Shown here: in pieces, positions 49,142-62,170 of the stretch
How positions within the stretch are numbered: position 1 is the first letter of the stretch
Layout: each line of letters starts with the position of its first letter
Origin: Dudresnaya verticillata
Taxonomy: Eukaryota
Reading direction: 5' to 3'
DNA length: 64,000 bases
Assembly (NCBI GenBank): GCA_977862235.1
Contig: OZ374557.1
Coordinates: forward strand, 558,001 to 622,000
The notes under the pieces: model-generated
The model's database searches: none
What the model was told of the DNA's origin: nothing
The model's input: the letters and a program-made list of their open reading frames with translations, nothing else
Translations under genes and position numbers: made by a program

Positions 49142-51281
49142 AGTATCACGCAGCCCTCCATTCGGCACACGCACAATCGAGTTCACTATTCACAAGTTGA
49201 GTTCGACAATCTTCGTGCTGGAAAGGTCCAAAGGATCGAATACTCACTCTAGAGTCTCCGGGATCCCTTCTCGGGAGTCAGCAACCGATTTATTGTGCTC
49301 GGGTACAACAAAACCACTCCCTTGGGAAAGTCGAGATACTCGCTTCCCGTTCGAATCTCGCACGCATTTGTGGACGACAAGTTGAATGCAACTCTTGCAT
49401 TCGTGTCAGCCGCGTCACCGAAAGAGAAGATGTCATCCCGAATGGCATCGTCAAGCTACAAGAGAACGATCTCTTCCGGGTCAACATTTCCAACTTTTCT
49501 TCCCGCGCACAGCGGTTGAACAAGCACCAAATGATTGGTCGTGCAGTTCCAGCTTCCACAGGAACCCGATAAACTCGGTTTCCATGGACGAAGTCTCCGA
49601 GAACAAGGCCTTGCAGCCAAAGGGCGCGAGTTCTCACGCGGAGACATCCTTTAATGTGGGAAGCAGGGATATCTGCTGCTCGTGGCGTGACCGATTCCAA
49701 ACCGGCACTTGAAAGCGCTACTGAGAAGCTAACAGGCAATATCTTGGCTTAAGAACACCTCTCTACGTCTGAGTGACGTCGCGTCCGCAAGATGTTGCGA
49801 CCCTTCGCAGATATGTGGAGCGGGAAGTTGGGGGTCGTAAAGGTCACGGAGCATCGTATCGAGCTTACAGACGGGAACATCTGTATTTCCGCAACCATAT
49901 TGGTCTGGACCGGAAACGCAAAAGTGGAGCGAGATTAAGTCGACAAGATGTTGAAAGAAGGCGTCATAGAGGCAACGCGCTCTGAGTTCGCAAGCTCAGT
50001 TGTACTGGTGGAGAAGCCGGACAGCTCCCTCCGTTTCTGTGTTGATTATATAAAGCTTAACAGGAAAACCATCAAGTATTATTATCCTCTACAGTGAATG
50101 GGCAAGTGTTTAGACTCGTTGGGCGACGCCCAGTACTTCACAACCCTCGATTGCAATTATGGGTACTGCCAGATACTAGTCGCGGCGGAGGATAAGCCGA
50201 AGACCTGTTCTACTTTTCATGCAGGTTGTTTTCAGTTCTGCCGAAAGCCATTCGGTTCATGCAATGCACCAGCAGCGTTGGAACCGATAGTTGACATCTT
50301 ATTGGCGCTGTTCCGGTTGAAGTCGTGTCTCTTCTACCTGGACGACGTAAATGTTTTTCTCAGAATGCCAATGAAGACATTTGTCATATTAAAGATATAA
50401 TCTTTGCGTGGAACGCAGCCGGTGTTTCTCTCAAGCTGAAGAAGTGTAATTTCTTTACAAAAGGCCTGGAATACCTCGGACACTTGATTCGATTTGGTTT
50501 ATTGGAAATGGCTGCAAAGAATACCCAAACCATTGAATGTTTCAAGCAACCTACGATGCCAAAACAACTACGGGCTTTTATTGGACTATGCAAGGTCTGC
50601 AGACATTTTGTACTGAACTTGTCACGTGTAGCATCCTAGCTTAATAGGTTGCTGCAGAAGGACGTTGGTTTCGAATGACCCCCATTCGATGAACTGCAAC
50701 GCGAAGCTTTCGCATTATTGAATAAATATATCATAGCGCCGCCGATACGCTGACTTCCTAGGGGAGACAGACCACTTTCGGTTGACACCGACGTGTGTGA
50801 CTACCAAATAGGATACACCCTAATGAATATGGAACTAGACGGGACCCGACACCCTATCGGCTTTTGGAGTCGGGACTTCACACAAGCAGAACCGAAATAC
50901 TCCGTTGGAGAGCAGGAATGCCCAGCAGTTGGTCTGGGCCACACAAATGCTCTGGCCATATTCGGAAAGGTCGCATTTTGACCTCTACACCGACCATCAG
51001 GCTCTCAAAAAGATGATAAGAATGACTGATGTGCCTGGACGTCTAGCGCACTGGCCTTTGTCGCTCTTAGAGTACGATTTCACGGTTCAATACCGTGAAG
51101 GAAAGAAGAATCAGAGTGCTGACGCAGTCTCACGGTTGCCTACGTATGAGTTTACTAAGTGGGAACCAGATCTTGAAATCCCTTGATTTATACTCGCAGA
51201 TAGCGATAGGGAAGATCCTCCTGACCTTCCGGAGAAACAATAATCGCAAGCAGGCACCAGGTCGCGACCCTTGGAGGAATG

Positions 51282-52050
51282 CGTAGCATAGATGTCGGGT
51301 CGATCCGACGTCTGATGCTCGCTGGCCCGAAGCCACCTCACAGACCCGTCGATGCGTAGCTGATTGTGGTAGAGCAATGTCGGTCGCGTGCGCCCCGCAC
51401 GTGCGAATCACCGGCGTCGATGTCGGAGCGCGCACGGGGCCTACCGTACGCAGGTAAGCTGCGGCCGGATCCCGGCGTCCCTGTCGAAGGGCGGCACGAA
51501 GCCGACGGAAAGGAAAAGGAAGAGAGAAGCATAGGGAGGCAAGGGAAAAGGAGAACCGCCAGTTGGCGCAGGGGAGAGAGATCGAACCCAAAAGGCTGGG
51601 CGCAAACTTCAGCGTAAGCTGTTGTATGCCCGGTTTATTGAGCCGTCGATGGCAGACGGCCTTAAATACTCTACACTATGTACAGCTACAGCTGCTCCTA
51701 CACCTAATGAGCCCCTACGGCACCAACAAGGGAGGTGCGCGTGCGCGCGCCCATACACGTGTCGAAGTGTCTGGGTAACGGCTACCCTTGGGCGCGCGCA
51801 GGGCGTAACCAGCAGCGGCCCTCTAACCGGCCCTGTGCCGGGGAGCGGTATGGGGGCGCGCCGTGTACGGCATGGCGCACGGCCGCTGTCGACAATAAGG
51901 CAATCGATCGCCGCCAAAATCAACGAAACATTAAGGGGCTCGCTGCCCAAATACGACTCACCAGAGGGCGTCGTCGTGCGCACTATTACAGAGCTCAGCT
52001 GCACACCCCCTTACAGCCGCTGGTGACAGCGCGCTCACAGGAATGCTGCA
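51282..52050 (-). repeat. Solo LTR of the element A family inserted in pol of G
   Basis: Colinear with 4424-5196. Flanks GAATG (51277-51281) and AAATG (52051-52055) form a TSD with one mismatch. Confidence 0.9.
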
Positions 52051-55000
52051 AAATGAAAGGTGGAACCCGAAGATATTTCGTTCAAGTCGAGTCTCGAGGA
52101 CGAGCTATTTGATAGCCAATGTTGCTGAGAAGGAAGTGAACGAGAAGAGCCTTTCCCTCTTCACAGTAGAGGAAATTCTTGGCACTCAACGAACAGATGA
52201 ATTCTGTAAGAGAATCGTGTTAGCCATCGAGGCTGGAAAGCCGGGATACTACCTGGAAGATGAACGCGGAATATTTTGTCCGATAGTCTTATATTGACCA
52301 AGCTTTACACGTAGTCATACTTATAGTTCTTCAGGAGCGGACCCTATACCTCGCACACTACCCGGAGATGACTAGCCACCCCGGACATTCCCACAAGACA
52401 CTCCCACATGAATATACTATAACTTGCGACGACAAGTCTATTGGCCAGACATGGCTCTCTCCGTTTACTCTACAGTCGGAAATGTGTGAAGTGCGCGATG
52501 GAACGAGTCGAGTTGAAAAAAATACTTCTAATATGAATCTATTTCCGGCAACTATGCCGCTTGAATTCCTAGGAATTGATATCCTGGTCCCGCTACCATT
52601 ATTACCGTCTGTGTCATCCTCCGTATCCGGAACATTTTACCCTCTACGTATCATCCTTAGACCAACGGTCAAACCGAAGGGTTCAACCGCTCCCTTCTAG
52701 CAGGGTTGAGACATTTCGTTGCAGATGACCAGAAGGACTGGGATGAGTTCACGTCTGCCTTGATGTATGCGTCCAATACGAACGTTCATCGTGGCATTGG
52801 TCTCATGCCCGGCGGCTTGGTTCTATCCAACCCACCTGCTTCCATCCTCATGGAACAAGCTGGGACAGTCAGCGTAGCAAATTCCCCGGCGTCAAATGTC
52901 AAAAAGCGGTTGACCGCTAGACTTGAGAAATTGATGGATGCCGCTCTACCCAGGTTGAAACAAGCGCAACGATGGTACGAGGTTAAGTTTTATAAGGGAA
53001 TGCGTCTGAGCAATCAAAAATATTCTCCCTGATCACTGGGTCTTTATCGAGAGAGAAACTAAGATGAAAGACGGCAAGGGTGTGGCTCGGGAGGCAAAAC
53101 GCTTTCGTAAGGCATTGGGGCCTTCCAGAGTCCTCGAGAGAGTAATGTGCACGGTCGTGCTCGAAGTCAAAGGCGAGCGAGAGTCAATCTCGTGGGACCG
53201 GGTAACCTTGGCGCCTACGACAGAAGAAGAGCTTTTAACTCTACAGCAGGACCCACCGATAGTTGATGAAGCACCAGCAGCTGTATAATCGACGCAAACA
53301 CCGCCTGCATTAGAGCCCACAAATGGAACTCCGCCGAAAGGGGCGCGAGATATTCAGGGTGAGGAATCGTAAAGAGGGGCCACGGGGTCGGCAAATGCCA
53401 CGACTGTCTCCTCTTCATCAATTGAAAAACAGACGGTATCGATAACGCGGCAGACCCGGTTTCTCCACGCATACCGCCTACAGGGGTTACTATTTCACCA
53501 TTTCCAGGCGGTTATGAACCACAACGCCCACAGGCGTCGAGATCCCCTCTCGCTCAGGGGATATTGTCAACGGTTGAGAACGAAGTAACGGCCCCGCGCC
53601 GTACGTTTCCCGCTATAAGAAAGTAACACCGCGTAAATACGTGTATGAAAAATCGTCGGCTATGGCGCCGATTCGCATAAGTACCGTATCCGATGTTCCA
53701 ATTCCCAGCGTTGCAAGATACATGGGAACCACGGGATCATCTCCCTGAAAACGTAGTCAAACGGTATCACCGAGCGAAGTGGATTCCCCTACCTGGGCTA
53801 TCCCGGACCCGATGACTTAACTGCGATGCGGAACATCAAGGCCTCTGGATACTTTACTATAATAGAAAGAGGCCGCCGGCTTATTATGGGATAGGAGGAT
53901 ACAAGCGCCTATCATAGGGGTGGTGTTGACCTTGAGGTCTGGTATTAGACTGAGCGTGGGGTACGCGAGAGATAACGTAAAATGGACGATGGTCCGCGGA
54001 TAGCGGTGATTGTATCCATTACGCAGTCAAGCAGATGAGTGCGCCACGAATGTGAAATACGTTGATATGTAGAAGGTTGGCACCATGGTCGGATGATAAG
54101 AATAGATGAATGGAAGAGTCAAGACATGGAAGAATGAACGAGTTGTTCAACATATTGCATCGAATACATAGGTATATGTGGATACATGTACGTAAGGTTA
54201 TATACCTAGAAGATATAATATCAAGGGGAATCTGAAAAGGGGTAGAACCCTGGGACAATCAGAATTGAGCCAACCCTGACATTTATGAGAAAGAAAACTA
54301 CCCCCGGTAGAGAGGAAGGACGGATAAGCCTTATAGCTATACGCCTAACCCGTCACGGGGAGATGCTCCCGAAAATTGTGGGATCGAGACCCAGAGGTGT
54401 GGATATGCCCTCATTTTGGACCTGTCCATTGCAATGAAACTCGATGGGAATCGATAATCGGCTGCCCTAGCAGATTTCCTATAGCTTTACCACACTTGCG
54501 AAGCCATTACGGACGAGGTTTACAACCATGGAAATATCGCTTCACCATGTCGGTGACTTGCCGGTGGCCGCGAATCAGCTCACATCTGAGGAGCCACCGC
54601 ATCGATTGCGGCCAAAAAGCGCGCAACTCTACAGTGCAGCTGAGGCATACTGTAGAATCGCCTTTGTCATCGCTGGTATTATTTCATTTGGCCAGACGCC
54701 AATGGAGGCGGATTGATCAACCAATAGACTTCGTTTGGCACCACACAATACGGGTTTGTACTTCGACAGCTCTCTCTCCTTCTATCAACTCCGTCACAGA
54801 GTATGCTGCGCAAGTGCTCGGAACCGTCTTGAAATATTGTGAAGGAAGGGGGAGAAGAAAGGGGAAGGATTATAAAATATAAGTCGCAGAAGTCGAATTA
54901 ACGTTTTGGAGTCTAGTACCAGACTAGTGGTAATAACTATCGCCAAAGGAGTAGCTTCGGCAAGCTGGACTCAGCTGTAGCCGAAGTAATATAGACAAGA

Positions 55001-55070
55001 TAAGTCACTTTACTTCCGCGGTCAAGTCGCTCTTGTCCAAGTGAGGCGAAACACGTTGTCTAAGAAGCCA

Positions 55071-57300
55071 TTACTCGAAGGCTGACAACATCGGGTTAAT
55101 CCGCCAGTAGGCCCATGATCTCATCCCCATCCAGAGGATCGTTCGACTCTGCCGAGTGGGACACGACGACACGTCGAACCTCGCGCACGACGTGACGAAC
55201 CCAAGGCCACGCCGGCTACCCTCTAGTTCGCTTAATCCACCGCGACTACCCCTCGGCTGGTCCACTTTCATGGCATCATCGCCAGAGTTCGGACCGTCCT
55301 GCTCGTTTGGGGCCACTTCGTCTTCTTATTTAACGAAGAGCTCGGTCTTCAAGACCACGTCGTCCTACGGAAGCATACCATCCTCTCGAGAAGTGGGCGA
55401 AGGTCCAGTCGCAATATCAGCAGGTTTAACACCCTGTTGGCTGGTGCCACTTGGTTGAACAACCCGGAAGTCGACCTTAGAGCGACTAGCGTCGGGGTGA
55501 CCCCGAGAATAATCTTGGGGAGAGATTGTGTTGAGCAAACCGCTGGTGGAAATGAAGTCAGACATGTTCGTCGTAGGGGCAGCCGATGTCATCGTCGATG
55601 ATGAGGCACCAACTGTAGTGATCTGCTTAGGAGCAGAGCGCGTTATGGGACCCTCACGAATGGCAGAGTTTGCAGCCAATGACTCTGAGGAGGAATCACT
55701 GAGGTTTTACCACCTGTCTGGGCCTGCGGGTCCAAACCCTCCACAATCGTCAACTCCTTCTTGACCTGAAGGGCCCCGCTGTGGCCAATACCAAGACGGG
55801 TTTGATGTCAAGATCACTGGGGTATCCCCTCAAGGGCGAAAACCTTGACAGATGGGCGTGGAGCGTGTCGAAAGGCTCAACAGGACACGGAGTCCTCATC
55901 CAATTGGACGTATAGTCTACCAGAAGCTCCTAGACCCAGTCATCGAGGCTATTAACGGTGATATTCCGTAGCTACCAGCTCACAGCGGGGCGGATAGCCA
56001 GACCACGTCTGTTGAAGGCGTCAAGAAGAACCCTGTTGGCCTTACTATGTCCAGTCGCCGAGGGCTCTTACGGCCCTTGATATTGACCACCGACAGTGTC
56101 GTCGAAGGATGGGACTTCTCCCAGAGCCCCCGGACCTGAGTCCTGCCAACTGGCTCTGACCCAGCCTCGGGTGTAACCCGTGATGGGGTTGCCCTCATCC
56201 AAGACCAGCGGTCTCTCTTCCGTTGGCTCTGTCTGAATCAAGACATCCGGCAGCAGCGGATGCCAATCATTTGGATCAAAGTCCACCAAGTCCCGCGGTC
56301 ATACACAGGGGTGAAGTGACCAGTGTTCTCGGGAAGATGGCTGTTTCTATTAGAGATAAGACGCCATAGAATACGGTTTATGAAGACCAATAAAGCTTGA
56401 AGACCAATAAAGCTTCTAAGTCTTTCTCATCTTCGGCATCCGCCGACATACCCTCAATACCTATCTCCATGATGGCCGTGCGAAGTGGTTGGGTGATGAA
56501 GTACAGCAGACCACGGAGAGCCTCGTCAACGAGAGCCTGGGAAACTAAGACGATCCAATCGTACCGAAAAAGAGTCCAAAGGACACATTCATCCATGGCT
56601 CGTGCCATCATGTTCAAGCCGAAGTAAACCGCAGTAGTGGGGGCTCCCACGAGCATGAATTATGACACTTCATACGACGCGTGGTCGTCAGGGAGAGCGC
56701 TTCGACCTAAAATGCTCTGATTTGATCGCAACCACTGCTTGACAGTGAGAAAGGATGGAACACCCCGTTTTCTGACTCTGATATCGCTCAAAACGCGGGT
56801 ACGGAAACGCCTCGGCCATCTGGAGGTTGTCGAGTGCGTACTTGAGGTTCGTAGACTCATCGAGACGGGTAGACTCATCGAGACGGACGATGCAGGCTAG
56901 GATATACGGGTAACTATCCCAGCCTTTCCGAATCAGCGGACGAGCGTGGTTGACCTTTCGCAGGTATCACCCTCCATGCGACTGGATTTCCCACAAAAGC
57001 TCCAGATGATAGTTCAGATTCCCGGAAGCAATGTTCGTGAAGAACAGATTCGAACATATTCGAGGTCCCATCGGTCGCAAGACGCCTCACCCTCAAGGAC
57101 AGGAACGACCCGGTGTGTGCCGGTGAGCATCTCCACCCAGCACGGCTCACAATGTTCCACGTCCGCTGTTGCTTACCACGTCCATCACGTCGTTGGATGT
57201 CTCGTCTACCAGCCCCAGAACGGGCTTTGATTTGTGCCAAGTCGGTACGGACCAGCCAGTCCCGACTGTGTTTGATCCATGCTCACTCGAAGCCCAGTAC
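55071..57300 (-). pseudogene. Antisense accessory ORF remnant downstream of element G pol
   Basis: Run of protein-like minus-strand ORFs (56660-56878, 56378-56656, 56068-56289, 55365-55679, 55071-55316) broken by stops and two ~17-bp tandem duplications (~56382, ~56852). Shares a motif with the A ORF. Confidence 0.6.
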
Positions 57301-57399
57301 GCGGGAATGTTTCTCCCTGGTGGCAACCCGCTCAGAGTGACTCAAAACTGCGAAGTGGCGCAATGGCCCACCGCCCGATACCGACAGTTCAGATGGAGA

Positions 57400-60300
57400 T
57401 AGCAGTCGGCGTAAGTATGAAAAGAAGCGAGACGAACGCAAAGCACGTCGAGGACGGAAGAAGAACCGTCATAAACGTGGTGAGTATCCACCATCACCGT
57501 ATTTAGACACGTCAAGTGACGGAGAGTCATCAACGCTTCGTCTGAAGACGATAATGTGCCGAACGGTAAAAGCATACGACCTCTTGGAAAGCGGTACAAG
57601 GGGTTGCAGGAGCAACGTCCCTCCAACCCCCTCTAAGATCAGCTGTTGTCGTACTGGATGCACCGTCTACATGACATGGGAAAGAAACGCTCTGGACTCG
57701 AACCAGGCAAGTTCAAAGGCCATATCAAGCGTCTAGAACTGGCGATGAAGGACGTCTCCTTAAATAGAGACGACCCCGTTTTGGTACTTGAGTTTTTAAC
57801 GCGATGATTGGATGACGCCGACACACTGGAGGTAAACGAACGGCTGGCGTTCCTCGCGGTGCTATAACTCTTACAAGACACAGCAATGACGCCAATCCGC
57901 TCCGTCAATTCGACGTCGACGCGTAACCGTGGTGGAGTATTTAGTAACCGGAGGTGGTGCAATACCGCCTCCGTACATATGCAACGCCTTCGACGATTCG
58001 TCACTTTCTCCACTCACTCCGTTCCACAACGAAAAAACATGGTGAAGACGAAACGGCCCACGGCATATGATTTTCCAGAGCATGCGTTCGTTGCGGTAAT
58101 GTATACTCTGACTGGGAAAAGATATCCTTGTACATCGACGGTCTCGACCCTTCGATCTGGCCCCTCGTCGCTCGCTTTTGTGAAGAAACGCCAGGTGGAA
58201 TTTTCATTCAAGCGGTTAGTCTACTTCGTACAGAACGTAGGGGACGCTCACCGAGCGCGACGCGTTTATGCCGGTTCCAAGTCATTACGACGAGACATAA
58301 TAGCCCGGACTCAAGCTTCCCGTAACACACGAACCGGCGCCGGAGTTACCAGAACAGTACTTCGTCAACCAACGGGAGCCGGAAAGCCATTACTTTATGA
58401 TGATTTACGGACACACACCGACGGCGACTTGTACTTAGACGACGGACAGGGTCAGTACCGACATCGGCGTTGCGATTGCGAACGGAGAGTTGCGTCGCAG
58501 ACGATGAGAACAGGAATCTTGATCCCGTTCTCGCCTTTGAACGTTCAGGTGTCCCCGCACAACGCGTACGCTACTAAAAATACGCGCCGCACGTTCACGG
58601 GACAAGCCCCGAGTGGCATTACAGAGGTCCCCCCGTCAAGAAGCGCGCCAACATTTGATCTTTCACCCGTGCTATGCGCATGGTCACATAGTGCCAGATT
58701 GCTTCCTCTGCATGACCGACTTCGAAAAGGTCGTTGCCAACTACGAAGGCCTTACGGATGTGGAGAAGACGGCGGTATCCACTGATATTTTACAATCGTT
58801 GCAAGGAACGGCCCCCCATGAGTCAGCCCGCCAGGCAGCACGTCCACAATCTCCAAGGGGCGGGCCAGTGCTGCGCGCGGTCGAACGTCACCGGGCGATA
58901 ATGCATTACTACGCAGCGCCACCACCGCCGGAGGCGAACAACTAGCGCGGGAACCGAATCCTGACACTGGTGTGTGGCACCACAACAAGAGGCCTCTACC
59001 TCGGATTTTGACACGGAAGAAGGGCCCAAGTCTAGGTAATGAACACGCCAACGGGCAGATATATTCGTCGCAGACGTCGTTAAAACGCCAATGGCGTAGG
59101 TACCAGCCCCCTCAATGGTGGGACAGTCCTTTTTGATGTCCAAAAGGAACTACAATATATAAGCCGACTGGGGCGTAACCATCGGTACCTTGGCACGTAA
59201 ACGTACTGTTCTCGACACAGGGCTGGTCCGAACTGTGAATTGAATTGAACGTTCGCTAAAAGCGAGAGCGCGGATCGTATCGAAACGTCTCCCTGTCATA
59301 TCGGGCTCCAGTATCAAGTCAATTCAAACCCGGGGACCCATCTAATTAGTCTACGTCTCGGACGGAGGGTCGTCAAGTTGGAGTTAATCGTTTTCGAACG
59401 GCTAGCTGCGACGGTTATACTCGGTTGTACCTCTTCCAACCGCTTTGTCGAAGCGATTGACCCGCGAAGTCCCGAGGTTGAATTGGATGACGGGACTCGA
59501 GTCCTTGTAATGCGCCGCCCGTTGTGCCGACCTCCGCCGTATCTCCTGCTACCAACCAAACATGAATAAGGCGCAGCCGGAGGATGAACGTCGCCGAAGA
59601 TACGGGCAATAGAGCGAACAAACATCACTCCTCAGGCGCAGAAATGGATTTCGGTAAAAACGGAACACGCCGGTGTTATCACGATAAACCATTCAGAACG
59701 TTGTATGACCGACAGGCATAATCGTTACGAACAGGGATGCTCAAGTCCAGCCGCTTAAAGCGCTTCGCATCCTGGTTGCCCACTTCTCTCCGCGTCGGCA
59801 GGCAATTGCAAAAGGGAAAATCGTCTCTACCCCGTCGCCGCATCCAACAGCAGTGTTCCGCGGTCACAAAAGTCTAGCCGATGTGGTATTACCGAAGAGC
59901 AAGCGGAGGAGCAAGAAGGCAACCAGGAATTCCGTTTTCGAATAAACGCGGGAACCACGGCACAGCCGGATACTTTGGTTAAGGGCATCGAGGCAACCGT
60001 TTCCAAGCCATCATCAGTAGGCGATTTGTATCTGAGACATCTCTCAGCCGAATATCAAGGCCGGCCGAAGGAGATTCTGCGCGAATATTTGTCAATGTGG
60101 AACAGTTCGTCGGGAGAGATCTCGACGACGGAGCATTATGTCTGATTTCTCCCCTGCTGTGGACCGGTCTCATCCCCGCCTTATCGCGCTGGTCGCTGGT
60201 AACTCGCCCAAGCGGATGTGGACCGAATGTTGCGTCAAGGAGTTATCGAAGCCGTAGAATCGCCATGGGCGTCACAAGTGGTCTTCGCCCCTAAGAAGGG

Positions 60301-61100
60301 CGGTACCCTCCGCTTCTGCGTACACTATCGGCGTTTGAATACAGTACCTGCACGAGATATGTACCAGCTTCCGCGTATCGATGAGTTCATCAACAGTCTA
60401 CGAGAGGCAAATGTCTTCACCACCCTAGATTGTAACAATGCGTACTGGAAAATGTCGATCAATCCGCGAGATCCAGATAGGACCACCTTCACCTGACATA
60501 CCAGTATCTCACGCTATAATCGAATGCCCTTCGGCTTGAAACATCGCCAGATACGTTCCAACGTACGATCGACATCCTACTCGCCGGCTACAAGTGGCGT
60601 TCGTGCCTCGTCTACCTTGATGATGTAATTATCTTTTCAAGCGACGTCGACACCCCCTGCCGTAACGTTGACGAGATACTGTCCATCCTAGACGGGGCCG
60701 AAGTGACTCTTAAGTTAACCAAGTGTGACGACTTCACCCAACGGTTAACTGTTTGGGCCACGTGATACGTCCAGGACCGTTGGAGGTTAAATAGTCACCG
60801 CCGCGTTACGCGAAGCCAAACACTGGCGGGATCAGAAAGCGTTACAGAACTTCCTCGCATTTTGCAACGTATATACTCTTCGTATCGCGTTGAGCGCATG
60901 GGGAAGCACCCCTCAACAAGTTGATTCGGAGGGAGCAGGAGTTCCGGTTGCCACCGTTTAACTAGGAACAAACCGTTTACACCCGTCAAAGTCGTGCCCC
61001 ATGCGCCTGTATTGGCGCCACTACAGCAGGAGTTACCCTATCCCGTCTATTGCGATGCCAGTGAGTACCAAGTCGGTTGAGCTCTCTTTCAAACACAGCC
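57400..61100 (+). mobile_element. Element H: decayed gag-PR-RT-RH fragment of the same family as element C
   Basis: gag homologous to C (HIKRLE..MK; LIFHPCYAHGHIVPDC); VLDTG at ~59205; LRFCVHYRRLN and YLDD at ~60610. Truncated at both ends. Confidence 0.88.
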
Positions 61101-61129
61101 TGGAGGAATCCGTGCACGGGGCTGGTGAG

Positions 61130-62170
61130 GGGAAACCGTGAAGGATTATGAGGGTAAGGCTTAGGGTAAGTCACTTTGCCCAGGGTTGCGTACCCCTTTA
61201 CTGTAGGATTCGCGCTGGCCACCCATTAATATACCGGGAGATACGCCCCGCGGTCCGGTCCGTGTGGGGAAAGCCCCAATCGGTCCGGCCCACCAGGTGG
61301 GTCCGCCCGTACTGGTCCCGGTCACCGTTGCGGGCATGCTAGGCATTCTCATTGGCCGGCTGACACTACGCACTGTACAGAATCATTACAATTACCTAAT
61401 TACAAATAAAGCAACTACTTGGCTCCTATTGGCGGTGCACGCAGACTCCAGCAGGGAAATACAGAGCTATTGTGTCGCTGCACTCCCACTACGGCTTTTG
61501 GCGCCAGCTCACCGGTGCGCCGGTCGCGAGTCGGCTCAACTGTCGTCGGCACTCTACAACGGCCGCTTCACCACCATGTCGTACGATTTCCGGGCCTGTA
61601 TTGGGGGACCCCTTCAGGTACGGAGCGTCCGAACGACCAAAAGGTGAATACTCCGAACAACTCCGCGGAGCTTCTATTCTGAGGGCTCCGGCTATTCTGG
61701 CGCCCATAAGTAGGGCTTGACAGCCGAAAAGTGTATCAGCCCGGAAGGGGGTCTAAGTTAGTCTATGATTATAGTTACGAAGATTAATACAGTCCGTACA
61801 ATGTAAATAGGGGAATGCGTCCCGGTACGGGGACTTGGTGGCGGGTACGCCGGTGCGCAAATCGGGGTCTCGGCTGTTGCACTGTCGATACCCTGAGCAC
61901 AGAGGCGCTCCTCGTTCGTGAGTAGGAGCGCAGCGGCGCGTCGTAAATCAGCCAATACAAGGCGTCCAATTGGCGTTATTATAATTCCACGTGTAAGCCA
62001 CGGGTACAGCTGTAAGGCCACGTGTAGGCCACATGTACACACGTGCCATCCACGTGTACAGCGATGAAGGGACAGTTGTCGTGATTAAGGGATAGTATAT
62101 CCGGCAAAAGGAGTGCTCTTCTGTAAGCCCTCCTGCTGACAGCATCTATTCTGCCACACCATGTAGAAAA
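61130..62170. repeat. LTR-like region (partial similarity to the 36188/47399 family) with clustered CACGTG motifs
   Basis: AGGGTTGC...TTCTCATTGGC.GGC...ACTACGCACTGTACAGA motifs shared with 36460-36665. Boundaries unclear. Confidence 0.5.

Larger units (their letters stand above)
46440..57300 (+). mobile_element. Element G (possibly composite): decayed chromodomain Ty3/Gypsy element interrupted by three LTRs
   Basis: LTR-like end TATACCACA at 47120 with a degenerate PBS (TCGTCCCTGGACCTACAA); gag-like start at 47196; RT 49800-50640 (FTTLDCNYGY, YLDD); RH 50750-51280; IN 52050-53250; chromodomain remnant ~53600-53820. Confidence 0.7.
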
